From positions 1-34,147 of the forward strand of contig JALAGF010003302.1 of assembly GCA_030167865.1 (NCBI GenBank): a stretch of DNA of 34,147 nt, read 5' to 3'. A program made the translations under genes and the position numbers. The stretch is from Craspedostauros australis. Its lineage: Eukaryota. Shown here piece by piece: positions 22,456 through 34,147 of this stretch. The notes under the pieces were generated by a model. The model was given only the letters and a program-made list of their open reading frames with translations. It did no database searches and was not told the DNA's origin. The stretch's first letter is position 1; each line of letters begins with the position of its first letter.

Positions 22456-23832
22456 TCATCGCCCGCCCTGTGGCTTCCGGCCTTTGGTTGCCCTACGGTG
22501 CACCACCTTGGTCACACCCAGCTTCAGCGTCTTGCGACCACCATCCTCCTCATTATCAGCGTCACCACCACTACCCTTCTTCTTGCCCTTCTTCGATTTC
22601 TTCTTCTTGTCGTCCGGCCTCATGCTGGCCGGAATGGAGATGCCGGACAGCTTCAGCGCCATCTGCGCACCATCCTCCGTCTCGAACTTCACGTACCCCA
22701 TGCCCTTGCACCGCTTGGTGTCGGGGAACTTGAGCAGCTTGCACGACGCCACGGGCCCGCAGTTCTGGTCCTGGAACAGATCGATCACGCCCTTCATGGT
22801 GGCGTCGAAGGGCAGGCCGGTCACGAACACCTTGCGCGGATCCGGATCGTGCAGGCCGCGCAGCTTCTTGGCGACCTGGTTCCTACCGCGCACCGTCACC
22901 TTCTGGGGACAATCGTAGATCCAATGGCGTGGTTCGCATGCGTTCTTGCAGGCTTGGCAGGTGTAGTCGTCGGGGACTGGCTTGCTGCGTGACTTCTTCT
23001 TCTTCGTCGGTTTGGCGGGAGGCGTATTCTCGTTGCCTTCCGTTTGCATCTCAGTGTCGTCGCCATCGCGTTTGCGTTTCTGTGAAGTTCCGTCGGCATC
23101 CTGGTCGTTCTTGTCTTCATTGTCATCAGCATTGTCGTCTTCATGCTCTTGATCATCGTTATCATCATCATCATCATCATCATCGTTGTCATCATCATCG
23201 TTGTCATCATCTTCAGCTCCCTTGGCGGGCGTCTCGACCGAAAAGTAGAGGATATCCTCCTCCCTCTGCACCTTGGCTTCGTACTCCTTGCGTTCCCGTT
23301 CTTCCGCAGCCGTGGGGATGGGTGACAATCCATTCTGCACTCGCTTCACCATGCGTCGCAGCTGCATCTTGGTGTAGGCGATGCCATCCTCGTTCACCTT
23401 GGGCAAGCCTTCCAGAATGCTCTTCTTGGCCTTTCGTTTCTGCTGGGATCGCTCTTTGCGTGATAGCGCGGATGGATCATTGGCGCTGTCATCCTTGGCG
23501 CTTGCATTGTCTTTGTCCTTGTCATTGTCCTCGTCATCATCAACAGCGGAGGAGACGCTGCGACCGGCCTCGCTGTCCACCGACCTCGATCTGCGTCGCG
23601 ATTCCTTCTTGCTCTTTTTCGCCTTCTTCTTGCCATCGTCCTTCTCTCCAGACGCTTCATTCTCCTTCATGACAACATCTTCTTCATCCACATGATCTAG
23701 AGTATCCACACTGGCAGCACTCTCCTGCGACTTGCGCTTCTTCTTCTTTTCCTTCTTGAGCTTCTTCAACCTCTTCTTCTCCTCCTCCTCCTTGCTCAGC
23801 TCATTGTCATCGTCTTCCTTCTTGGATCCCAT
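22456..23832 (-). CDS. Lys/Asp-rich RNA-binding protein with a C2HC zinc knuckle and an RRM (probably nucleolar)
   Basis: Zinc knuckle YTCQACKNACEPRHWIYDCP. RNP2 KVFVTGLPF and RNP1 KGMGYVKF. Poly-K and poly-D tracts. Single-exon 458-aa ORF. Confidence 0.88.
   Translation of the reverse strand: MGSKKEDDDNELSKEEEEKKRLKKLKKEKKKKRKSQESAASVDTLDHVDEEDVVMKENEASGEKDDGKKKAKKSKKESRRRSRSVDSEAGRSVSSAVDDDEDNDKDKDNASAKDDSANDPSALSRKERSQQKRKAKKSILEGLPKVNEDGIAYTKMQLRRMVKRVQNGLSPIPTAAEERERKEYEAKVQREEDILYFSVETPAKGAEDDDNDDDDNDDDDDDDDNDDQEHEDDNADDNEDKNDQDADGTSQKRKRDGDDTEMQTEGNENTPPAKPTKKKKSRSKPVPDDYTCQACKNACEPRHWIYDCPQKVTVRGRNQVAKKLRGLHDPDPRKVFVTGLPFDATMKGVIDLFQDQNCGPVASCKLLKFPDTKRCKGMGYVKFETEDGAQMALKLSGISIPASMRPDDKKKKSKKGKKKGSGGDADNEEDGGRKTLKLGVTKVVHRRATKGRKPQGGR
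23152..23211. repeat. (ATC)n trinucleotide tract encoding poly-Asp on the minus strand
   Basis: atcatcatc... run with a few interruptions. Confidence 0.9.
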
Positions 23833-25147
23833 CTTGGCAGTGCGTTCAATCTAATCTCTGCAAGTAGAGAGTGGAGTGGAGTGGAACAGAGTACTCGTAT
23901 TCACTTCACTGGAGTGGGGTTCCAACCTCCGCTATCGATTCTTGATGTTCGCCATCAACATCACCATCGACATCATCGTCACCTCCGTTGAAGCAGGTTG
24001 GTGCCTCCACCATTTCAAAATCAATCAAGAATTGAATTGTGGCGTTCTCAACTTTAGTTGGTCACAGATCCACGAATTGACCCGGCCGACTAAATTGTGC
24101 AATTGAATTGCTTCTGTCGACGTGCAGACGAGATGGTAGCGCCTTTTGCTCTCCTTCTCTCTCTCTCTTCTCATGCCAGTTGATGTTGCGCCAGTCATTG
24201 GATCGGCGATTCGTGTGATCAAGTGACAAGACTCTCACATCGTTGCGCACAAGCGAATGTGGAGTGGGAGAAGGAAACAAGAAGGAGGAATCTGAAGAGG
24301 AAGGAAACCATCCCCACAAAGAGGAAAGAGAAGTCGTGCGAAGATCGTCACGCGTAACTCAACTTCGTATCGTGGCGGAGCGATCCGACTGAACCAATCG
24401 TGGAACTGAAGGAACGTTGGGAGAACTTCGAGACGCCAAGCAGCGACAGTGAGCACCACCACGCAGAGGGACAGATGTTCGTCAATGTTGCGGACTGTCG
24501 TCGCCAGAGCATTTCTGTTGTGTTTGCTGTTGCTGTCGTGGTGGTTGTTGGCGCCTTTGTGTTCTTTTTGTGAGGCGCGTGTTCGGATCACGCACAGTAA
24601 ATTTGGAGATTGTTGGCTCGGTGCGCGCGCAGAGAGACGTTGGGGCAGTACGCACATATGCGATTCTGTTCGCGTCCAAATAATCATGTCCAACGGCAGA
24701 CAAATCGGTGGGTGGCGCGTCCGTTGAAGATGGAGGCATAATAATGCACATGTTACTATGTGTCGAAGAACAAGTACCGTGTCAGTTCATGTCGTTCATC
24801 GACCAATGGGATGCGCCGATTGGCGCAAATCCATCCGAGCGAGCTCAGCGAACAATCGTGGCGGCAACCAGAATGAAAAATGAGGTCTTGATTGGCGGTC
24901 TTCTGTTGATGTGTGGGTGTGACGGAGAGGGCACCCAAAGGATGATCACATGTTCATGCCGTACTCACGGCAACAGAGTATGGTAGAGCGCTTCCAATGC
25001 TTCTTACGACCTCCTCGTGCGCGTGAGGTACGTGTGCATTGTGCGTGTCTCCCTACTCGCACAGATCAATAGCGCACGACATGGAGGGTGTGAGTGGTCG
25101 CAATGCCAAAACCAGGAGAGCGGCGACACGAAGATAACAAATCAGCA

Positions 25148-25200
25148 CAAACAACGCAAACAGTGCAAACAGTGCAAACATCACAAACATCACAAACACT
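25148..25200 (+). repeat. Degenerate 9-bp tandem repeat (CAAACAnnn) x ~6
   Basis: caaacaacg caaacagtg caaacagtg caaacatca caaacatca caaacact. Confidence 0.8.
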
Positions 25201-26387
25201 AGCGAAATCATCACCATTCCCCCAAGACAGTGTCTGGGACGAGAAGAACCACGACAGCACATAGCAACCACAGACAAAGAACCAACCAGCAACCACCATC
25301 GAACAAGGAAGAAGGAAGAGATCAGCAGAGCGCACCTCTCACCGAAACATTTACAATACGGAAAGGGTTGAAGACAACCGGCATCATCTCCGTGACCATC
25401 AGCATACCAACGCTCGCACGATAACCACACAAGTGAGCGCACTGACAACCAGCATCTGCTGTGCTATAAAGAGGTCGCCACAAACATCGCTTCCGCACCA
25501 GACAGAACCGGATAACACAGGGTACTTCAACCAATCACACCACGTAAGTTGGCACGATACGAATTAGGAGATTGCATGCGGTGTTGCCATGATGGGATGG
25601 AAGCGAGGAAACGAAAAGAGTTGTTCCTGCCTAGCGCATTGATCGTGCATCCGCACATGTGACCTGTTACGAAACTGTTCCTGCTCATGCGCCATGTGTG
25701 CACATCTCCCATGTTTGGCAGAGTAATAATAGTCATACCTCGTTCGTGCTCCGATCAGAGCGTGGGAAACGAGAACAGCGCAGAGAGCAGCTCGACTCAG
25801 CGGTCCCAGGAAGGTGCGCACAAGTCCCCCGAAAGTTAATACCAATACAGGCACAAACACCATCACCGAGCACAGCACTCCGTGGCGACACTCCCCACAC
25901 AGAACACCGGCTGAAGCCATCCAAGCACCACTCATCACAGCATCTCAACACATCTCAACACAACACAACACCAATACTCGTACAAAACCACATCAGCTGA
26001 AAGAGAATCCTTCACCTCCCCACTCACATCCACTGTCACATTCACTTCCACGTTCACATCGACGTTGGTGCACACAATCGACATTCACGCTCACAATCTT
26101 CCATCCCAATCCACCCTCCGACCAAACTCCATCGGATCTGCATTCATTCATCCATCGCATGCATTCATCGCATTCGTCCATCCACTACATCATACTTCGA
26201 TCACCTCAGCAGTCACATTTACATCCACACTCGCAACGCAGACGCAGACGCAAAGCAGGACGCATCCATCCTGTGCCTTTCGTACAGTTATCAATAGACT
26301 CACATCCGCCGGAAGAGCATACCATACATACAGCACAATCGTAACAAGTACATATCCCCAACCAGACGACCAGTTGAGCACTTGACC

Positions 26388-27653
26388 ATGAGCTCCCAAG
26401 CACATCTCACCGAAGCAGCACCGACAGCCGCGCCCGCCATCATCCCGGGCGCACAGGAACGCAACGATTCTGCTTCCACCAACGTATGTGATCGTGATGA
26501 TGTCACCGAGACGTTGGACTTGGCACAGACCACAAGCGCGGAGCTCGATTCCGTCGTCCTGCGCCAATCCAAACCCCAGTATCGTTCCCTGACATCGCGC
26601 ACATCTTCCTCGATGGACAGATTTGAGGACCAACGCGAAGAGGAGAGCGAGGGCAGTCACCTTCGTTTCCGAACCGCTAACGAGAACGCGACTACTACTA
26701 CTACGACTGCTGAGCAAACGGGTACCATCATCGATGATACTCCAACTGATGACGGTGCCGCATTGGCGCTCTCGAATCTGTCTCTTGCTCACAGAAGCGA
26801 CATCAACAGCAACACAGGTAGCAAAGGTAACACCACCACCGATAACATCAACGACATCAGCAAGAACAGCTTCGAAGGTGAAGACATCCTTCAGCTGCCC
26901 ATCACTCCTTTGCCAATCGAGAAGGACACCTCCACCACAATGCTCAAGGCAAGAGCGGATTGGTTGCGTCCCATTCCTACTTCCCGCAACGATGGCACGG
27001 TCGATACGGCGTTCCCAACCACGCCATCCTGCGCATCCGCATCCACCCTTTCATCCACAGCATCGTCATTCTCACAGCAGGAGCAGCAACAGCAACAAGT
27101 CGACTCTCGCGTCATCAGCGAGAGTGCCGAAGAGACCAAGACCAGCACTGACACGGAGACTGACAGCGACATCCGCCGCCTGATCCTGGCGGGGCCACCC
27201 TGTCTACCGGCCTTGGATCACACCGACCTGCCCAAATCCAATCGTGCATCTTCGAATGGCGCAACCATCTCCCAACGCCTATCATCATCACCGAACCGAC
27301 GACCACTGCCGCGATTGGGACTCATCCAGCGCAGTTACGCCTGGGATTCACTGGAGCTTCCCAATGCCGCGATTGCCATGCCACCCAGCGCCAGCAGACG
27401 CCGTCTGTACCGTCCGTCCCACACCGACATCGCCGCCGTCACACCACGATCCATGCCGATCTCGGTAGCCAGCCCGACGTCCACTATGGCGGACGAAGTC
27501 TTCGCGCGCACATCGTCTCCCTCCACGACGACCATGATCTACTGGGAAGCCAAGGTCTCGGAACAGGAGGAATGGCTGTCGCCGTGCATCACACGGCAAC
27601 AACAGCATCACCATCACTCCATCTATCAAACGCCTCCATCGGCGGCGGTCTGA
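26388..27653 (+). CDS. Hypothetical Ser/Thr-rich, probably disordered protein (421 aa)
   Basis: Long ORF with ACCATG start context, preceded by a CA-rich leader like those of neighbouring genes. No recognisable domain. Confidence 0.6.
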   Translation: MSSQAHLTEAAPTAAPAIIPGAQERNDSASTNVCDRDDVTETLDLAQTTSAELDSVVLRQSKPQYRSLTSRTSSSMDRFEDQREEESEGSHLRFRTANENATTTTTTAEQTGTIIDDTPTDDGAALALSNLSLAHRSDINSNTGSKGNTTTDNINDISKNSFEGEDILQLPITPLPIEKDTSTTMLKARADWLRPIPTSRNDGTVDTAFPTTPSCASASTLSSTASSFSQQEQQQQQVDSRVISESAEETKTSTDTETDSDIRRLILAGPPCLPALDHTDLPKSNRASSNGATISQRLSSSPNRRPLPRLGLIQRSYAWDSLELPNAAIAMPPSASRRRLYRPSHTDIAAVTPRSMPISVASPTSTMADEVFARTSSPSTTTMIYWEAKVSEQEEWLSPCITRQQQHHHHSIYQTPPSAAV

Positions 27654-28266
27654 GTACGAGCATGTACAGCACATGGGGGATATGCTCGTACCAGTACCAT
27701 CCTTCGTCTCATTCATTCATCTATCCATCCGTTCATTTTACCTATTATATTTTTGTCAAGAGAGATAACCTTCGAATCTCGCTTTGTGTTCGTACTCGCA
27801 CGCGAGTTGAAGTACGTCAACATACCATGCCCATACTACACCACACATATGTACCGCACCCTGCCAAAGGGTCGCTCATTACCATGAAGCCATGCTGGCC
27901 ATAGCATAGCATAACGACAGTTAAACGTCAATGCACTAGGATGCCATCTTACCCGCTTCAATCTATTCTCTTCGAATGGTTCGTTGGAATACAGTAGAGT
28001 CTTCCTGTTATTGAAGCTGTCTTTCAAGAGCGTGAACACTCTCTGCGTACGTTACGAGTTGATTGATGAGCGATGTTTCGTATGCGTTAACAATGTGATG
28101 CCCTCCATGCCCACTCTTTCCAAGATCCTTTGCAAAGGCAATGCATGTACTTCGTAGAACCGTGATATTCTCCATTGCGCCACGAGTGTACCGCCACCAA
28201 CAACACTCCACGCATCACTGCACGCCTCTCATTGAACACAGCACCACTCTCGCTTCGCTTTACCCT

Positions 28267-30525
28267 TTACCCTTGCATCCGCAACAATTCCGAGTACCGC
28301 CCCTGCTTGGACAGCAACTCCGCATGCGTACCGCGCTCCGCAACTTGGCCTTGATCCAGCACGATGATCTCATCGCATTCCTGGATGGTGGACAAGCGAT
28401 GCGCGATGACGATGGTCGTGATGCTGCCCTTCTGATCCTGCGCATGCTGCAGCAGGGAGTCCATGATATCCACCTCGGTCTGGCTGTCGAGACTGGAGGT
28501 GGGTTCGTCGCACAGGAGGATGGGCGATCCCTTGAGGATGGCGCGTGCGATGGCGACGCGCTGCTTCTCGCCGCCGCTCAATTTCAGACCGCGTTCACCC
28601 ACGATGGTGTCGTAGCCGTTGGGGAAGTCGTTGACGATGGAGTCATGGATCTTGGCGCGCTTGGCGGCGTCCACGACCTCGTCCCACGTGGCGTCCATGT
28701 TGCCGTAGTGGATGTTGTAACCGATGGATTCGTGGAAGAGGACCGTGTCTTGCGGAATGACTGCGATGGCCTTGCGCACGCTCTCGCGATCCAGCTGCTC
28801 CAACTTGTTGCCACCGATCTCGATGGTGCCCTGGTTGGGCTCGTAGAATTGAAAGAGCAGACGCAGGGTCGTGCTCTTGCCGCAACCGCTGCTGCCGACC
28901 AGGGCAATGGTCTTACCGGCCGGCACATCCATCGAGAGGCCATTGAGAATGGGGCGCTGATCCTCCCTGGCCGGATACGAGAAGTGCACATCCTTGAATT
29001 CGATGGAGGTATCCATCGTGGCGGGATCAAAATGGATGATGTCGGCGTCGGTGTAGTTGTTTTCCTTGCGTCGCTGCTGTTCGCGGTCGTTTTGCGTGGG
29101 CGTGTCGAGCAACGTGAACATCTGCTCCATGTCCAACAGAGACTGCTTGACCTCTCGGTAGACGGAACCGATGAAGTTGAGCGGCACGGACAGCTGAAAG
29201 AGAAGGCCGTTGACGAGCACGAGATCGCCGATGGTGGCGTTGCCCGAGACGATCTGATCCGCCGTGAGGTACATGATGCCGGTGAGACCGACGGAGAAGA
29301 TGGCGGCCTGCCCGAAGTTGAGCACCGACAGGGACTGCTGCGCCTGCAGGGCTGACGTTTGGTATCCCTTGAGGGACTTTTCGTAGCGCTCGCTCTCGTA
29401 GTTGGCGTTGTTGAAATACTGCACGGTCTCGTAGTTGAGGAGGGAGTCGACGACGCGTCCCGACGCCTGCGTTTCGAGGCGGTTCATGTCACGTCGGAAC
29501 TGCGTCCTCCATTGCGTGACGGCGAAGGTGTACCCCGTGTAGGCCGCGATGGTTCCCAGCACAACGGCGGCGTGAGCGGAACCGAACTGGTAGCCCACGA
29601 TGGTGGTCACCAATCCCACCTCTATGGTGGTGGGCACGACGTGGAAGACGAGGGCGTTGAGGACGAAGGAGATGCTGCGGTTGCCGCGATCCAGGATGCG
29701 CGTGAGCTGGCCCGTGTTGCGTCCCAGATGGTAGTCCAGATCCAACCGGTGCACGTGCTCGAAGGCGGAGCGGCCCACGTTGCGAATGGCGTCCTGCGCC
29801 ACGTTGGCGAAGACGGCATTGCGGAACTCCTGCAGACCGGAAGCCGTCATGCGCGAGAGACCGTACCCCAGCAAGAGCGAGAGAGGGACGGCCGCGGTGA
29901 GGGTTGGATCAAGCTGCGACGCCGTGGCCATCGCATCCGCCGTGGCCGACGAGACCATCCCGGCCTGCCCCTGCGGGATGGTGTCCACCAGGTCCTTGAA
30001 GATGTACGGGATCTGGATCGTCACGGCCTTTCCCACGAGCATGGCGCCCAGGGACAACATGACGCGCTGCTTGCGCTTGGCCAGCTCCTGCGCCTGTTCC
30101 GGATGCTCCTGCACGTACGATGCCGATGGCCACACGTGCTGCGTGAGCGTGTCTAGGATGCGCAACTGCAGTCGGGCGTCGCTGAGCTTGGATCCGTCGG
30201 ACGAAGAGGAGTAACGCGAGGTGTCCAGCAGCTCCAGCTTGTTCTCCTTCTTCGTCTCCTTCGCGCGAGGATCGTCCAGCTCCTTGGCGTCGGTCGTCGT
30301 GCTGAAGCAGCGCGCATGCGAGTGCGGATGCGGATGTGAGTATTGGAGAGCAGAAGCAGCTGTCGGCCTCGTCTTTCTGTTGGTGGAAGCTGCCGCTATG
30401 GATCTGGGAGATGGCCACGATGCAGCAAAGGTGCGGCTGCGTCTTGCGCCGCATCGTACGCTGTACCTGCGGCTGACATAACCAGGCTTCACGTGGGTGC
30501 AGGCAGTGCTGCGGAATGCAAACAT
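28267..30525 (-). CDS. ATM1: Mitochondrial ABC half-transporter ATM1/ABCB7 (Fe-S cluster precursor export)
   Basis: Arg/Ser-rich presequence ending ...[10 protein letters not shown] motifs [32 protein letters not shown] and [19 protein letters not shown]. Walker [10 protein letters not shown], signature LSGGEKQR, Walker B LLCDE, H-loop IAHRLST. Confidence 0.95.
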   Translation of the reverse strand: MFAFRSTACTHVKPGYVSRRYSVRCGARRSRTFAASWPSPRSIAAASTNRKTRPTAASALQYSHPHPHSHARCFSTTTDAKELDDPRAKETKKENKLELLDTSRYSSSSDGSKLSDARLQLRILDTLTQHVWPSASYVQEHPEQAQELAKRKQRVMLSLGAMLVGKAVTIQIPYIFKDLVDTIPQGQAGMVSSATADAMATASQLDPTLTAAVPLSLLLGYGLSRMTASGLQEFRNAVFANVAQDAIRNVGRSAFEHVHRLDLDYHLGRNTGQLTRILDRGNRSISFVLNALVFHVVPTTIEVGLVTTIVGYQFGSAHAAVVLGTIAAYTGYTFAVTQWRTQFRRDMNRLETQASGRVVDSLLNYETVQYFNNANYESERYEKSLKGYQTSALQAQQSLSVLNFGQAAIFSVGLTGIMYLTADQIVSGNATIGDLVLVNGLLFQLSVPLNFIGSVYREVKQSLLDMEQMFTLLDTPTQNDREQQRRKENNYTDADIIHFDPATMDTSIEFKDVHFSYPAREDQRPILNGLSMDVPAGKTIALVGSSGCGKSTTLRLLFQFYEPNQGTIEIGGNKLEQLDRESVRKAIAVIPQDTVLFHESIGYNIHYGNMDATWDEVVDAAKRAKIHDSIVNDFPNGYDTIVGERGLKLSGGEKQRVAIARAILKGSPILLCDEPTSSLDSQTEVDIMDSLLQHAQDQKGSITTIVIAHRLSTIQECDEIIVLDQGQVAERGTHAELLSKQGRYSELLRMQG

Positions 30526-31224
30526 GGTGGCTGGGGGTATTCGCACTCTCCGGAGAGAGTTTGGTACTGTGTCTGACTTGCCTTGCCTTGCTTGATGGCA
30601 GCCAGAGGCGTTGGGGCATGCAACAATGCCTTTCGATCAGTCCACGATGGCCAGGTGCTCTTGGCTGCGCTCACCCGATCTGTCCACAACCAGGAATGCA
30701 GTCGCAGAGGATGTGATCAATGACACGTTTGTTGATGCCGACAGGTTTGGGCCAACAAAGAACCCGAACGAACATGAAGGTGTTCCATGCTCTGTGCCAA
30801 ATTCTGGTTCTGGTTGGTTGCCATCATCCGCTTTCTCCACATGTGTGTGTGTGATGTGTCGCAGAAAGATCCATCCAAAGATATCTTCCACGATCAGCTT
30901 CGCCATGGACCTTGCCATCGCCAGCGCAAACAACCTTTCTTTCTCTCTCTCTCCATCTTGAGACAGTAATAATATCTGCCAATACACCTACATTGCGGCT
31001 ACTCTACTCTGCTCTACTCTACAATAACATTGTGAATGATGATAAATTCTACAACTTATCGGTGCTTGATAAAGAGTCATTCACATAAGAGCAGGCGGCG
31101 GGGTCATACGACTACTGCAGAGTATAATTGTTGCAGCATGATACCGTGGAGAACGAGTGGGAGGATGCCCTGCCCACAATGCCGATGTTACTCCTCAACT
31201 CCATGGAAATCAATTCAATTCAAT

Positions 31225-32886
31225 TCAGTTATCGCGATTCTGACCACCGCGACTGGCACGGACCTTCTGTAGCAGGATTCGTCTGCTGCAATCGCAATCC
31301 AACGCAACGCCTGCCTCCTCCAGCAGCTCGTACAGCCCGCCCACGCGAATGCTGGAGTAATGATCGTCGATGTCATCCAACGACCGGCCCGTCAGGATGT
31401 ACTGATGGATCTCCTTCATCAACCGGTCGCATCCGAACAGCTTGTGGAAATCGTGATGGCGCAGGAACGAGGATGCGTGCGTGGCGATGCACTGCAACGT
31501 CGCCTCCTTCAGCATGGCGCAGCTGTGGGAATCGGCCAACAACAGCAGGTCGATGCAGGTATCGAAGTTCAGATGCTCCTCCACCATCTTCGCTTCGATG
31601 GTCAGCTTCAGTTGCCAGCATCCAATGCGGTTGGCGACGACGAGCAGTTCCTGCAGGTCGGTGTTGGTGTTCAGGAAGGAGGTGTCCTCGACGTACACGA
31701 ATCGCAGCAGAGCGTGGAAGTGGCAGGGGCGCACGTCCGGCAGCGGGATCACGTATCTGCCGTCGTGTGTGCGTGGGCTGCCTGCAAGAGGCGTCGCAGG
31801 ATCTTTTCCATTTGAGCTTCCGTTTGAGCTTCCATTTGAGGTTGTGGATGGGGCGTTCATCGAAGTTGATGTCCCGCTTGCGGCAATTGCACCACCTTCC
31901 GCGCCAGAGTTGCCATTCACATTGGCATTGTGCATGTTAGCATCATCACCACCACCATCACCGCTAATATCGTTGCTCGCACGGTCTTCGTCGTCGTGGC
32001 CACTGCCTTTGGCAACATCAACCAAGTGCTTCATGCTCGGCACGCGCAGAAGCAGGATGGTGCTGTTGGCGCAGATCTCCTCCTGCGCATCGCCTTCGCC
32101 GACCAGGAACGCAATGTCCGCCATCTCCTGATTGTTCAGGGCGGCGAGCAAATCCTTCAGCAAGGTGTTTGTCGGCGTCCAGTTCTTCGGCTTGGTCTGC
32201 AGAACGCGCAGGCCGACGGTCACCGTCAGCGTGTCCTCCAAGCAACCGCGATCGATGACGGACCTGCGGGATGCGAACTCGCTCCAGCCCCATTTCGGGT
32301 GCTCGCGGGTGAACGTCTTGGGGCTCGATGCCTTGTGGATGCTCATCCTGGGGATCCGGACGGACAGCTTCGTGATGATGCTGGGTGCGTCTCTGCCCTG
32401 CGCATCTTCGCAGACGACGTGCACCGCGATGCTCTCATTTGACGTCGCGTCCTCGGAAGAGCGAGATCTGTCCGAAGACTGACCGCCAAACGTGTATGAC
32501 CCTCCATTCCCGAGATTGGTGGAACTGGAAGGCCAGCCGTTCGTTACAGACCCTTCCGACACGCGGCGGGCCGGAGAGTAACTCTGACCGCCGAACGAGA
32601 ACCCTCCTTGCGCTTGGCCACCCGCATTCAAAGATGAAGGAGGGTTGGAAAAGCCTGTGTAACGAGTGGCCCGACGAGGAGACACGGGGGATTCGGAGTG
32701 CCTGCCCTCGCTCTTGTCGCCGCGTGCGGAAATCTTCAATCTCCACTTCATGCCATGGCAAATGAAGGTGGGAGATTGGACCTGTCCTGCACCTTGCTTC
32801 TCGATGTCGGAGAACTGGTGAAAATGGATCGTGATGGACTCCTCGTCGGAGTACGTCCCGTGCAGACCAACATGAAGATCGTTCAT
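31225..32886 (-). CDS. MATH-BTB (SPOP/BPM-like) Cullin3 adaptor with low-complexity insertions
   Basis: MATH-like SPTFICHGMKWRLKISARG...KWGWSEF...DTLTVTV. BTB-like ADIAFLVG..ICANSTILLLR..LPDVRPCHFHALLRFVY..ELLVVANR. BACK-like LLLLADSHSCAMLKEA. Confidence 0.88.
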   Translation of the reverse strand: MNDLHVGLHGTYSDEESITIHFHQFSDIEKQGAGQVQSPTFICHGMKWRLKISARGDKSEGRHSESPVSPRRATRYTGFSNPPSSLNAGGQAQGGFSFGGQSYSPARRVSEGSVTNGWPSSSTNLGNGGSYTFGGQSSDRSRSSEDATSNESIAVHVVCEDAQGRDAPSIITKLSVRIPRMSIHKASSPKTFTREHPKWGWSEFASRRSVIDRGCLEDTLTVTVGLRVLQTKPKNWTPTNTLLKDLLAALNNQEMADIAFLVGEGDAQEEICANSTILLLRVPSMKHLVDVAKGSGHDDEDRASNDISGDGGGDDANMHNANVNGNSGAEGGAIAASGTSTSMNAPSTTSNGSSNGSSNGKDPATPLAGSPRTHDGRYVIPLPDVRPCHFHALLRFVYVEDTSFLNTNTDLQELLVVANRIGCWQLKLTIEAKMVEEHLNFDTCIDLLLLADSHSCAMLKEATLQCIATHASSFLRHHDFHKLFGCDRLMKEIHQYILTGRSLDDIDDHYSSIRVGGLYELLEEAGVALDCDCSRRILLQKVRASRGGQNRDN

Positions 32887-33926
32887 GGCTGCTGCTACTT
32901 CTACTACCGCGGTTTTGGTTTCTGTTGCCGCGGTTCCTGTTGCTCTTTCGGTTTAACCACGCTTGTGATTGGTGGCGAGCGTTGGTTTGTGACAGGCAAT
33001 CTGGTCTCACTATGTCACGAAGATCAATATGTTGGTGCTGCGCGGAAAGTTGAGACGTGTCTGTTGGGATGGTGGGTTTTGTGGTTTTTGGTTGCGTTTT
33101 CCACGGCAGAAGAACAAGGTGGTGGTGAGAATCAAGTGCAGGATCAAGCGCAGGATCAGGCGGATGGCACAATCAATAGCGTGGTAGAATTGATAGCGAT
33201 AAGCGGAAGGAATAGTAGAAAGCAGGCGTGGATCTCTCGGTTATTCCGAAGACCAAGCAGCGGCAATGGCACCGCCAGAGCAATTCCTCTCACCCGCAGA
33301 CACTCCTGGCAAAGAAATCTTTCTCGCGAAGCGTGCTGTTCTCTGCGAGCGTCGAATCCTCTCCATTGCCGCACCTTTTTACCTTGTGGCTGACTTTTCG
33401 TCGCTTGTTGTTTCTTCTCTCTATCCGTTGTTACAGCAATACGATACGATGGTTGCGATGGTGGTGGTCTTCATGTTCCAGCAGCATGGGAGATGGAAGC
33501 AGCCGCGGCGGGTTTATGACACATTCGTATCCTCCAACAATGAAAGAAGATGCGGGTTTGCAGGAGCAGTATGTATCAGCAGGCGCCATGCGCGTGGCAG
33601 AACAATTGCACTCTTCCACACTCTGTCAGATTGTGATGTGTCCTTCGCATGCGTCCATGGATGCCTCTCTTGACGCCACGGAGTATGGACAGAACTGTGG
33701 AGTCACAAGTTTCTTCGAATTCTCACACAAAAGATACCATTTCTGAATGGGTGTGTCACATTTTTTATTCCGCGCAGAACTGCCGTTGCTCCCACAGCAA
33801 CCCCACGAGCCACCGACTCCTACGAGCCCGATCAGTGAGTCGACCTGCACTTTGTTATGGGACTCAACAACATTTTTATAGTAGATCCAAACCGACCGCA
33901 TATTCATAATCCTCATGTTCTAAAAC

Positions 33927-33952
33927 NNNNNNNNNNNNNNNNNNNNNNNNNN
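33927..33952. other. Assembly gap (26 N)
   Basis: Run of N. Confidence 1.
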
Positions 33953-34147
33953 GTTAGACCTTATTTTAAGTTTTATGGGCGGTCAAAGGTGTTTTTTAGT
34001 CGTATGGGTCGCACCTCATGAAACTCCTGCTTGTTTCTCAGAAAGTTCTTTGATGTTCTCGTGTATTTATCGTAAGGTACTCAGTCACGGAGACGACGTC
34101 GAAGATGTCGTTCGGTTGGTACGCGTTAAATACACGTTAGCATCTGC

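Noticed and set aside
28141-30156. 404-aa and 265-aa plus-strand ORFs
   Set aside because: Typical antisense shadow ORFs of a GC3-rich ABC transporter gene.
33228-33746. 172-aa ORF next to the assembly gap
   Set aside because: Non-ATG start, no recognisable motif, and the context is interrupted by the gap.

Overview
Eukaryotic, intron-containing genomic DNA that looks like a diatom or other stramenopile; this is inferred from the gene families, the short GT-AG introns and the RXL and KxxK motifs in a secreted protein. Positions ~1-6.6 kb hold a PIF/Harbinger-type DDE transposase (2 exons, minus strand, catalytic residues intact). Divergent from it is a 3-exon gene with a Myb/SANT-like N-terminus and an HSP20/alpha-crystallin-like segment, with degenerate ORF fragments between the two genes. 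The rest is host genes: a 5-exon secreted M11 (gametolysin-type) metalloprotease with a duplicated unknown domain and a silaffin-like KxxK tail, a TYW3/Trm5-like tRNA methyltransferase fusion, tRNA-Ser(AGA), phosphoglycerate kinase, a USP8/AMSH-N-terminal-domain protein with a papain-like Cys-His-Asp domain, an RRM/zinc-knuckle protein, a low-complexity orphan ORF, the mitochondrial ABC transporter ATM1/ABCB7, and a MATH-BTB protein. There is a 26-N gap near the end. All domain calls come from motif recognition by eye; no database searches were run.
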